From the NCBI GenBank assembly GCA_034086985.1, contig JAXDZG010000002.1:50944-114943 (forward strand): a stretch of DNA of 64,000 nucleotides, read 5' to 3'. The notes under the pieces are model-generated. The model made no database searches. It was not told the origin of the DNA and saw nothing but the letters and a program-made list of their open reading frames with translations. The number at the start of each line of letters is the position of its first letter. Position 1 is the first letter of the stretch. The position numbers were made by a program, and so were the translations under genes. This DNA is from Phascolarctobacterium sp. (GTDB taxonomy: Bacteria > Bacillota > Negativicutes > Acidaminococcales > Acidaminococcaceae). Below, one piece after another: positions 21,574-29,085 of the stretch.

Positions 21574-21792
21574 TTACTGAATGGCTAGCTCCTTCATCAG
21601 CTCTTTACGATAAGTCTTATCTGTGATTACGCGGTCAACATCCTCATTTCTACCCATAGATTTAAGCTTGGTAAGTAAGGCAGCGAAGCGGTCTTCACCA
21701 ATTGCTAAACCACGAGCTTCACCAGTAGCTTCACCTTCGTTATAGCCTTCGGCTCTACTAATCTTCCGAACGAGATCTAAAGTTTTACCCAT
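21574..21792 (-). CDS. Candidate in-frame intragenic small protein (RpnS-like antitoxin, 72 aa)
   Basis: AAAGGAGAUG SD-like sequence 8 nt before in-frame ATG (MGKTLDLVRK...) inside the rpn ORF. Confidence 0.5.
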   Translation of the reverse strand: MGKTLDLVRKISRAEGYNEGEATGEARGLAIGEDRFAALLTKLKSMGRNEDVDRVITDKTYRKELMKELAIQ

Positions 21793-22425
21793 AGTCGTGT
21801 CATCTCCTTTAACTTTTCGCATAGCATCAGCCAAGACAGGATAGTGCATCTCTTCTGGCTTAGTACATTTAAAATCGCTAATTAATTTACCAATATCGTC
21901 ATTGCCGATATAGTTGTTATTTACATAGAGAATATGAGCCCTGTCCTCAAAAGGAATGCCTAGATTGGTGACAGTGCGTTCTATCGGATAGAGAGGCAAA
22001 TTGCGCTTCCATCTATCGCCAGTGAAAAAGATTACATATGTTGTAGGCAAAGCCTTAAAGTCAGCCTTGATGGGCAGATTATGTACATCAATAGAGCTGC
22101 TGTAATAGCGAGCACGTTCAGGGGTAGCACCGCTAGTCAGGTTTTGCACTTCAACATTATAGATGTTATTGTTATCATCCTTAGCGAGAATATCTAAACG
22201 CACAGACCTATAGCCATGATTCCTTAAGGGATACTCAGTTTTTGTGCTCTCAACAGTGAGCTTCTTGTCCTTTAAAAGTACATTGAGCAGAAGCTGGGAG
22301 CAAGCCTTTTCTTTAAAGACTTTTTTCAAGCAATGATGGTCTGTGAGCTTAGTCTCTTGGGCAATCTTTTTGGTAATAGCCTTGCGAACCTTTTTGTCGG
22401 ACAGGTCAAGTTTGATCATTTTCAT
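21574..22425 (-). CDS. Rpn family (PDDEXK_2) recombination-promoting nuclease / putative anti-phage toxin
   Basis: DHHCLKKVF, VRLDILAKD, NVEVQ, RARYYSS.ID, C-terminal EG..EG...G repeats. Confidence 0.88.
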   Translation of the reverse strand: MKMIKLDLSDKKVRKAITKKIAQETKLTDHHCLKKVFKEKACSQLLLNVLLKDKKLTVESTKTEYPLRNHGYRSVRLDILAKDDNNNIYNVEVQNLTSGATPERARYYSSSIDVHNLPIKADFKALPTTYVIFFTGDRWKRNLPLYPIERTVTNLGIPFEDRAHILYVNNNYIGNDDIGKLISDFKCTKPEEMHYPVLADAMRKVKGDDTTMGKTLDLVRKISRAEGYNEGEATGEARGLAIGEDRFAALLTKLKSMGRNEDVDRVITDKTYRKELMKELAIQ

Positions 22426-22590
22426 TATAACACGATCCTTTGCAATTTACTAGCGCTAGGGGTGGATTTTTGTAGGTGCCCGACCTACTATAGTCATAAT
22501 AGCACAAATAGTCAGATAAATCAAGCCTTAATAAGAAAATTTTTATATATTAGAAAATTACAAGAGCGTTTTGCGCTTCGAGGTACTACC

Positions 22591-25500
22591 ATGTCGATTT
22601 TTGACAGCTTCACCAGGAGGAACAGTTTAATAAAGACACTGCGCTTCAGGCTAGAGCCCATGTTTGGGACTAGTGAGCAGCTGGCAAAAATAGGCGTGCT
22701 GGAGCGCGATCAAGAGCGCAGCGAGAACTGGGAAACAGTGCGCGCAGTGCTGCGCCGCGTGGATGCGTCGTTTGTAGAAAAGGCGCTCACAGAAGAAGTG
22801 GATTTGGACTGGCGGCCGCTAGCAACAGCATTAAAAGCAAAGAATGCTGTATACGAAAATGAAAAAAATAATAGTAATGAGATAGAGCTGTCACAAGATG
22901 AAAGTGGCAAGAAAGCTTTGCTACAGTCAGAAAAGAATAGGGCTGAGATTAGCAAAGAGCTCGTAAAGCAGCAGGCAGAGATGCGCAAAGCAGTGGCGAA
23001 GCTGCTGACAAAGCATGGCGATTATAAGAACATTACCAATCCGACCAAAGCCATAAAAATGGCGGCGGAGGCAGTACAGAGTGATGCTGAAGCGCGAGCG
23101 GTGGCCCAGTATCTGCGCTTTACTACAGTGTTAACAGATTATTTTGCCCATAAAAAAGCCTATTTTGGCCATGAAGTGAGAAGGACAACAATCGCTTACC
23201 GCATCGTGCACGTAAATTTTCCTATCTATCTGGAAAACTTGCGCTTAATGAAGCAATATGCTCAGGCTGGGTTGGACTTACAAAATAAATTTATCTTTAC
23301 TTATTTAGAAATTAATGGCTACAACAAATGCTTGGTGCAGAGTCAAATCGATAGCTATAACCAAGCTGTTGGCCAAATCAATAAACAGCTGCGGCGGCTA
23401 TATGCCGAGCACAAGCTACCGGAAACTTTAAAAGGTGTGCCACTAAAGCTCAAGGCGCTGCAAAAGCAAGTGCTGAGCGTGGGCGAGGAAAAGCCCATAG
23501 AGTTTGCTAAATACGCGGACATGCAAGCAGCAGTGCAGGGCTTACAGGAAGCGCTGGCGCAACGGTTCAGTGGCTTAGAGCAAGCCTTCAGTCAATGTGA
23601 GGGAGAGCTGCAAGATGAGTACGCAGCTAAGCAAGAGACCGTAACAGAAGCCTCCAAGGCGCTGCTTTTTAGAGAGCAAGAGGTAGCGAGTATCGTCTCC
23701 ATTAAGGATTATCTAACGGCAGTGCTAGCCTTAAGGCGTTTCGTGAAAGGAGTGCTTCGTGAAGAGGTACAGCAATATAAAGGGCAAGCTCAGAGCTCTG
23801 AGAATGCTCTAGTAGCTGAAGATGCTTCGCAAGCTGATGCTGAGGCCAAGCAAAGGCTTTCTCTCGCCTGCAGTGAAGCCTGGGAAATATTAGCTAGTGT
23901 ACCTCAGCTATACGCCAAGGTGCGCAATTACTTAACCCGCAAGCCTTATAAGCAGGAGAAAATTAGACTCTTTTTTGACTGCGCTGCCTTTGGTAAGGGC
24001 TGGGATGTGAATAAAGAGGCCGCTTATTTAGTAAACTTGTTTAGGCGGGACAGTCATTACTATCTTGGCATCAGGCGCCAGGGAGCGAAAATAGATTTCG
24101 ATGCCATAGCGACTAAATGTACCGAGCAGGAGCCATGCTACGAAAAGATGGTCTACAAAGCCTTTGATTTCATCAAGGGCATGCCCGCTGTAGTCTTTTC
24201 CAAAATGATTTTGCAAAAATTTGTAGACGGTGCTAGTGAAGTGGTGCTAGAGGGTGAGCAATTCAGCCAGCCTTTAGTAGTAACCAGAGCGGATTTTGAA
24301 CAAAAATACTATGTAGAGAATGGTAAGCTGCGGGAGCGCGAGCCTGAGGATGTGCCCTATCTCAAGCAGTATCTAACTAAAACAGGGGATGAGGCAGGCT
24401 ATAAAGCGGCAGTGTCCCAGCGCATAGAGCTAGCCAAGCGTTTTATAAAAGCCTATAAAACCTTCGCCTTTTTTGATATGTCCAAGCTGCGAGCCACCCA
24501 AGACTATGACTCTTGGATAGAATTCATTACCCATGTGAACGAATTTACCTATGGCTTAAGCTGGCAAAAAAATTCCGAAGCAAGCCTAAAGCAGTTAGTG
24601 GAAAAGGGTGACTTGTTTCTATTTCGCTTGGAGAACCGCGACTTTATGCGCGATGCCAGCGATGAAGTAAGTGGGGACGAGCAAACCCAGCTGTGGCGCG
24701 CCTTGTTTAGCCAGCTAAATCAAGAAGATCGCATCCTGAAGCTTTTGGGCGGTGTGGAAGTGTACTACCGTCCGGCTTCCGCGCCTGCCAAGGTAAGTCA
24801 CAAGCAGGGCAGTGTTATCGTCAACAAAATAGACAGCGAGCATAATCCCCTGCCAGCGGAGCTCGTGCGTAATATTAGTCACTATTTAAACGGCAAAACT
24901 AAAAAGCTCTTACCAGAAGCGGCTCAGCTCATGGCCCAAGACAAAGTAAAATGGAAACAAGCGGCTCAGGATATCATCAAGGATAAACGCTATACCCAGG
25001 ACCAAATGCTAGCCCATTTTCCCATAGCCATCAACTATCGCTGTGCTAGCAACGATTATAGCTTCAACAGGGATGTGCGAGAGTTGCTGCAGGGGAATAC
25101 CGCAGTCAATATTTTGGGACTGCATTTGGGTGGCGACAATTTGGCTGAGGCAGTCATTCTTGACCAAAACGGCAAGCAGCTTTATGCCAAGGCTTATAAT
25201 CAATTCAATAATTATAATTACTACCAAGCTCTTGTATTGCGAGATGAAGCAAGGAAGCAGGCCCAACGAAACTGGCTGCAACAGCAAAAGATTAAGAATC
25301 TTCGCCAAGGCTTTATGGCAGCCCTTACTAATGAAGTGTGCAAGCTCATTTTAAAGTACAACGCCGTGGTTGTGCTGGAGGACTTCAGTAAGAACAAGGG
25401 TAGTAGGGGAGCGGCGCCCAAGCTCTATATGCAGTTTGCGCTGAATCTACTGCATAAGCTTAATTACTTAGTACTCAAGGAACGCGAGCCCATAGAGCCA

Positions 25501-25764
25501 GGAGGACTGCTGCAGGGCTATCAGCTTGCTCCCAAGGTAGTAAGCCTAGCGGGCTTTGCCAACCAAATTGGCTGCGTTCTTTTCGCCTTACCTAGCAATG
25601 GGGAGGGCGAGCCTGAGGACATGTCCGAGGCCTATTTATTGGCCTTAAAGGGCTGCCTCATGGTGCAGCGCATCCACCAAGCCAAGAGCTTGGATAAAGT
25701 AGATTTTATGCTAAAGCAAAAACAGTGGCTTGGCTTCCTCAAGGAGCGAGACTTCAGCTCCTAA
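22591..25764 (+). CDS. cas12a: Cas12a (Cpf1)-like protein, predicted nuclease-dead and lacking the Nuc domain; orphan, 1057 aa
   Basis: MSIFDSF...SLIKTLRFRLEP (WED-I), IAYRIVHVNFPIYLEN (REC1), YAKVRNYLTRKPY, GWDVNKE, LFLFRLENRDF, IIKDKRYT..HFPIAINY, NAVVVLE, GGLLQGYQL, AYLLALKG are colinear with AsCas12a; RBS GAGG precedes ATG 22591. Confidence 0.93.
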   Translation: MSIFDSFTRRNSLIKTLRFRLEPMFGTSEQLAKIGVLERDQERSENWETVRAVLRRVDASFVEKALTEEVDLDWRPLATALKAKNAVYENEKNNSNEIELSQDESGKKALLQSEKNRAEISKELVKQQAEMRKAVAKLLTKHGDYKNITNPTKAIKMAAEAVQSDAEARAVAQYLRFTTVLTDYFAHKKAYFGHEVRRTTIAYRIVHVNFPIYLENLRLMKQYAQAGLDLQNKFIFTYLEINGYNKCLVQSQIDSYNQAVGQINKQLRRLYAEHKLPETLKGVPLKLKALQKQVLSVGEEKPIEFAKYADMQAAVQGLQEALAQRFSGLEQAFSQCEGELQDEYAAKQETVTEASKALLFREQEVASIVSIKDYLTAVLALRRFVKGVLREEVQQYKGQAQSSENALVAEDASQADAEAKQRLSLACSEAWEILASVPQLYAKVRNYLTRKPYKQEKIRLFFDCAAFGKGWDVNKEAAYLVNLFRRDSHYYLGIRRQGAKIDFDAIATKCTEQEPCYEKMVYKAFDFIKGMPAVVFSKMILQKFVDGASEVVLEGEQFSQPLVVTRADFEQKYYVENGKLREREPEDVPYLKQYLTKTGDEAGYKAAVSQRIELAKRFIKAYKTFAFFDMSKLRATQDYDSWIEFITHVNEFTYGLSWQKNSEASLKQLVEKGDLFLFRLENRDFMRDASDEVSGDEQTQLWRALFSQLNQEDRILKLLGGVEVYYRPASAPAKVSHKQGSVIVNKIDSEHNPLPAELVRNISHYLNGKTKKLLPEAAQLMAQDKVKWKQAAQDIIKDKRYTQDQMLAHFPIAINYRCASNDYSFNRDVRELLQGNTAVNILGLHLGGDNLAEAVILDQNGKQLYAKAYNQFNNYNYYQALVLRDEARKQAQRNWLQQQKIKNLRQGFMAALTNEVCKLILKYNAVVVLEDFSKNKGSRGAAPKLYMQFALNLLHKLNYLVLKEREPIEPGGLLQGYQLAPKVVSLAGFANQIGCVLFALPSNGEGEPEDMSEAYLLALKGCLMVQRIHQAKSLDKVDFMLKQKQWLGFLKERDFSS

Positions 25765-25774
25765 ACAATATGTC

Positions 25775-25818
25775 AATACCTACTAGTTAGGCGAAGTATG
25801 TGTGTTAAAATTGTAGGC
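25775..25818 (+). CRISPR. Single degenerate Cas12a-repeat-like hairpin plus possible spacer (mini crRNA candidate)
   Basis: AATACCTACTAGTTAGGC vs canonical handle AATTTCTACTNNNGTAGAT, with compensatory T-A to C-G stem change; 11 nt after the cas12a stop; not a multi-repeat array. Confidence 0.45.
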
Positions 25819-25875
25819 TTGGATGCTTAAACAAAATGCTTTAAGACGGCCGCGAAAATTGTTCATAAAGACCAA

Positions 25876-25917
25876 TAAAAAACCGCTACACCCCAGATGA
25901 GTGTAGCGGTAATTTTT
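25876..25917. terminator. Bidirectional terminator between cas12a-like and fba
   Basis: ACCGCTACAC / GTGTAGCGGT stem with A-run before and T-run after. Confidence 0.8.
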
Positions 25918-25926
25918 ATGCGGTGA

Positions 25927-26856
25927 TTACAGTCTGTTGGAGCTGTTCAGCACGTCGCGCATCTTGTGAGCAACCATGTCTTGGATTGCTTGACGAGCGG
26001 GCTTCAGGTATTGACGAGGATCGAAATCGCCGGGGTTCTCTACGAAATGCTTGCGGATGGAAGCAGTCATAGCCAAACGCAGGTCGGTATCGATATTGAT
26101 CTTGCAAACGCCGAACTTGCCAGCGCGCAGCAGCATATCCTCGGGAACGCCTTGAGCGCCGTCTAATTTGCCACCGTACTTGTTGCATTCTTCAACGAAG
26201 GCAGGGATAACGGTGGAAGCACCGTGCAGTACCAGGGGGAAGCCGGGCAGCAGATTGGTGATTTTTTCCAGACGAGCAAAATCCAGCTCCGGTTTGCCCT
26301 TGAATTTATAAGCGCCATGGCTGGTGCCGATAGCAATAGCCAAAGAGTCGCAGCCGGTGCGCTCTACGAATTCTACTGCTTGGTCGGGGTCGGTGTAGGT
26401 GGCGTCCTTAGCAGCAACCTTAACAGCGTCCTCAACGCCTGCCAGCTTGCCCAATTCAGCCTCAACAACAACGCCGCGCTCGTGAGCATATTCAACTACA
26501 CGACGGGTCATTTCGATGTTTTCTTCAAAGGGATGCTTGCTGCCGTCGATCATAACGGAGGTGAAGCCGCCATCAACGCAGGCCTTGCAGATTTCAAAAT
26601 CTTCGCCATGGTCCAGGTGCAGGCAGATGGGCAGACCAGTGTCCTCAACAGCAGCCTCAACCAGCTTCATCAGGTAAATGTGGTTAGCATACTTACGAGC
26701 GCCGGCAGAAACCTGCAGAATCAGCGGGGATTTTTCGGCTTGGGCTGCAGCCACAATACCTTGGATGATTTCCATGTTATTCACGTTGAAGGCACCTACT
26801 GCATAGTGGCCTTCATAAGCTTTTTTGAACATTTCGGTAGAAGTTACTAAAGGCAT
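25927..26856 (-). CDS. fba: Class II fructose-1,6-bisphosphate aldolase
   Basis: GAFNVNN, LHLDHG, SVMIDGS, VEAELG, AIGTSHGAYK, VLHGAS, KINIDTD. Confidence 0.97.
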   Translation of the reverse strand: MPLVTSTEMFKKAYEGHYAVGAFNVNNMEIIQGIVAAAQAEKSPLILQVSAGARKYANHIYLMKLVEAAVEDTGLPICLHLDHGEDFEICKACVDGGFTSVMIDGSKHPFEENIEMTRRVVEYAHERGVVVEAELGKLAGVEDAVKVAAKDATYTDPDQAVEFVERTGCDSLAIAIGTSHGAYKFKGKPELDFARLEKITNLLPGFPLVLHGASTVIPAFVEECNKYGGKLDGAQGVPEDMLLRAGKFGVCKINIDTDLRLAMTASIRKHFVENPGDFDPRQYLKPARQAIQDMVAHKMRDVLNSSNRL

Positions 26857-26936
26857 TAATATTCCTCCTTAATTATCAGCCCGCAGGCTGAGTTATCCAA
26901 TGTCTATATACTAATTATAGCACACTATTGGCTTAT

Positions 26937-27650
26937 TTAGTATAGAATTTTGCGCAAATCTTCCGGTAAAGTGCGAGTAATTTCTAGCTCATAGTCGCCC
27001 ACAGGATGCTTGAAGGCCAGGCGATATGCGTGTAGGGCATGGCGGGACTGTGGTCCGGGAGTGCCATATAGATTATCGTCTACCAAGGGATGGCCAAGAT
27101 AAGCCAGATGCACGCGAATCTGGTGGGTGCGTCCTGTGAAGAGGCGCAGCTTGAGCAGGGTGTTGGGACCGTGGTAGCCCAGCACAGTGTAGGCTGTTTT
27201 AGCTTCCTTGCCTCGCGTGAAGTCCACGCAGCGCTCGATAATACTGCCATCCTTGCGGGCAATGGGCGCATCAATTAAGCCTTGCTGCTGCCCGATATGA
27301 CCTTGGGCAATAGCCAAATATTCCTTCACTACCTCCTGCTGGCTCAGCCAAAATTGAATAATAGGCTCCTTGGCAAAAATCACTAGGCCGGATGTGTTTC
27401 TATCTAATCTAGAAACTGGATGAATGTCGGCCGTGATGCAGCGCTCAGCGTAATATGCCTTCACCAAATCATAAAGAGTGCCGTTCCATTGGCTTACCGT
27501 GGGGTGCACCAGCATGCCCGCGGGCTTATCGATGATGAGCATAAAATCGTCCTCATAGGCGATCATGGCAGGAGTGAGCACTTGGGGCAGAAGAGGCTGC
27601 CACGCTTCGGTTTGCAAAGCGTTATTGCTTACAGCTTTACTAGCTTCCAT
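26937..27650 (-). CDS. RluA family pseudouridine synthase
   Basis: IDKPAGMLVHP, SRLDRNTSG, TGRTHQIRVH, LHAYRL. Confidence 0.92.
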   Translation of the reverse strand: MEASKAVSNNALQTEAWQPLLPQVLTPAMIAYEDDFMLIIDKPAGMLVHPTVSQWNGTLYDLVKAYYAERCITADIHPVSRLDRNTSGLVIFAKEPIIQFWLSQQEVVKEYLAIAQGHIGQQQGLIDAPIARKDGSIIERCVDFTRGKEAKTAYTVLGYHGPNTLLKLRLFTGRTHQIRVHLAYLGHPLVDDNLYGTPGPQSRHALHAYRLAFKHPVGDYELEITRTLPEDLRKILY

Positions 27651-27661
27651 AGCCTTAAGCC

Positions 27662-27853
27662 TTAATGCAGCTGGATGGGCGCCTTATCCACCACTTCAAT
27701 ATTATCCAACTGGGCCTTCAATTGGCCGCGGATATTGGCTAAATAACGCTTATAAAGCTCCTTTTGCTCGGCCAATTCCTCGGCGGTTAGACCTTCCTTT
27801 TTCTTTTTATGAGCCAGCTCGTTAATGCGCTCAATCATTTCCTTCATTTCCAT
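27662..27853 (-). CDS. DUF896 (YnzC-like) small protein
   Basis: IERINELAHKKK.EGLT.EE..EQ.ELY..YL; RBS AGGAG before ATG 27853. Confidence 0.85.
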   Translation of the reverse strand: MEMKEMIERINELAHKKKKEGLTAEELAEQKELYKRYLANIRGQLKAQLDNIEVVDKAPIQLH

Positions 27854-27969
27854 GGGAAACAACTCCTTTCTATTGTAAAATGGGGCAAATGGCCCTCGTG
27901 TTTTGTAAGTTTATCATTCATTATATTATAGCAAAGGAGTCTCTCAGGGGCAAGAAGAAGCTAGTTTTA

Positions 27970-27998
27970 TTGACTGACTATGCTAATTGTGTTATCAT
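27970..27998 (+). promoter_or_regulatory. Sigma-A promoter of the ABC importer operon
   Basis: TTGACT-N17-TATCAT with extended -10 TG. Confidence 0.7.
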
Positions 27999-28128
27999 GA
28001 TAGGAGTGTTAATAAGAATGGCTCCTGAGGTAGGAAAAGCGCTATTTTAGGCACTTTCTTGGCATAAGCAGGTTTGCATTCAGGAGCATTAAGCTAGGCA
28101 TAAAATTGTAATGAGTAGGTGATGATAT

Positions 28129-29085
28129 ATGCAATGGAAAAGGATTGCCGGTGCTTGCTTGTGCGTAGCAGCGTTAGCTTTGGCGGGCTGCGGCGGTGGC
28201 CAGAATAAGCAGGCTGTGGATAGCAGCAAGGCTTATTTATCCTTAAAGGATGTGGCAGGACGCCAGGTAGTGCTGGCCAAGAAGCCGGAGCGTGTGGTGA
28301 GCCTGAGTCCGTCCTATTTGGGCATGATCGAGGCCGTAGGCGGTAAAATAGTGGGCCGCGCCTCCTCTAAGGTGGGCACCATCCCTGAGTCCATGAAAAG
28401 CGTGCCGGAAATTGGCTTTGTCTTTAATATTAATATGGAAAGTCTTGTGGCTCTGCGTCCCGATTTAGTACTGGCAGGACGCAATCAGCACGAAAAGTTT
28501 GTGCCGCTTTTAGAGTCCAACAAGATTAATGTCATTGAATTTGATGCCAAAACCTATGACGAAGTGAAGCAAACGGTGAAGGTTTTGGGCGATATTTATG
28601 GCAATTCGGACAAGGCAAAGGCAGAAAACGAACTTTTGGATAAGGAGATTAACGCCATTAAGGCTAAGCTGCCCAAGGATAAAAAGCGCATTGTGATTAT
28701 GCATGCTACGGCTAGCAGTGTCACCGTAGAAGGCTCTCGCAGCATTGCGGGCTGTGTCAGCGATATTTTGGGCTTTGAGAATGTGGCTGCGGCTGCCTTA
28801 AAGGGTAAGTCCGATAAAACTCCCTACAGCATGGAAAGCTTGGTAGGTCAAAATCCTGACTTGATTTTCATTACCTCCATGGGCAAGGCGGAGGAAATTG
28901 AAAACCGCCTGCGCAAGGATTTCAAAAAGAACCCTGCTTGGAACAGCCTCACTGCAGTGCAGCAGGGCAAGGTTTACGTGCTTCCGGAGCGCCTGTTTTT
29001 GATTAACCCCGGCCTGCGCTATCCGGAGGCTGTGGCCTACATGGCTAAGCAGGTCTACCCAGAGGTTTTTAAAGATGGCAAATAA
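28129..29085 (+). CDS. Fe-siderophore/cobalamin-type ABC substrate-binding lipoprotein
   Basis: Lipobox LAGC; KPERVVSL, NMESLVALRPDLV, NPDLIF, P.LR.PEA. Confidence 0.88.
   Translation: MQWKRIAGACLCVAALALAGCGGGQNKQAVDSSKAYLSLKDVAGRQVVLAKKPERVVSLSPSYLGMIEAVGGKIVGRASSKVGTIPESMKSVPEIGFVFNINMESLVALRPDLVLAGRNQHEKFVPLLESNKINVIEFDAKTYDEVKQTVKVLGDIYGNSDKAKAENELLDKEINAIKAKLPKDKKRIVIMHATASSVTVEGSRSIAGCVSDILGFENVAAAALKGKSDKTPYSMESLVGQNPDLIFITSMGKAEEIENRLRKDFKKNPAWNSLTAVQQGKVYVLPERLFLINPGLRYPEAVAYMAKQVYPEVFKDGK

Noticed and set aside
22423-22442. rpn promoter as target of candidate spacer GAAGTATGTGTGTTAAAATT
   Set aside because: Only about 11/20 matches, concentrated in the -10 box, with the 5' seed mismatched; explained by promoter consensus
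22443-22460. AATTTACTAGCGCTAGG as an upstream Cas12a repeat
   Set aside because: Only a 3-bp stem and poor match to the handle; more likely part of the rpn promoter
22333-22590. 86-aa N-terminal extension of the Cas12a-like ORF in the track
   Set aside because: It overlaps the rpn gene on the other strand; Cas12a homology and an RBS begin at ATG 22591
28005-28128. Cobalamin riboswitch call for the ABC importer leader
   Set aside because: B12-box and other hallmark motifs are not visible; kept only as an unclassified structured leader
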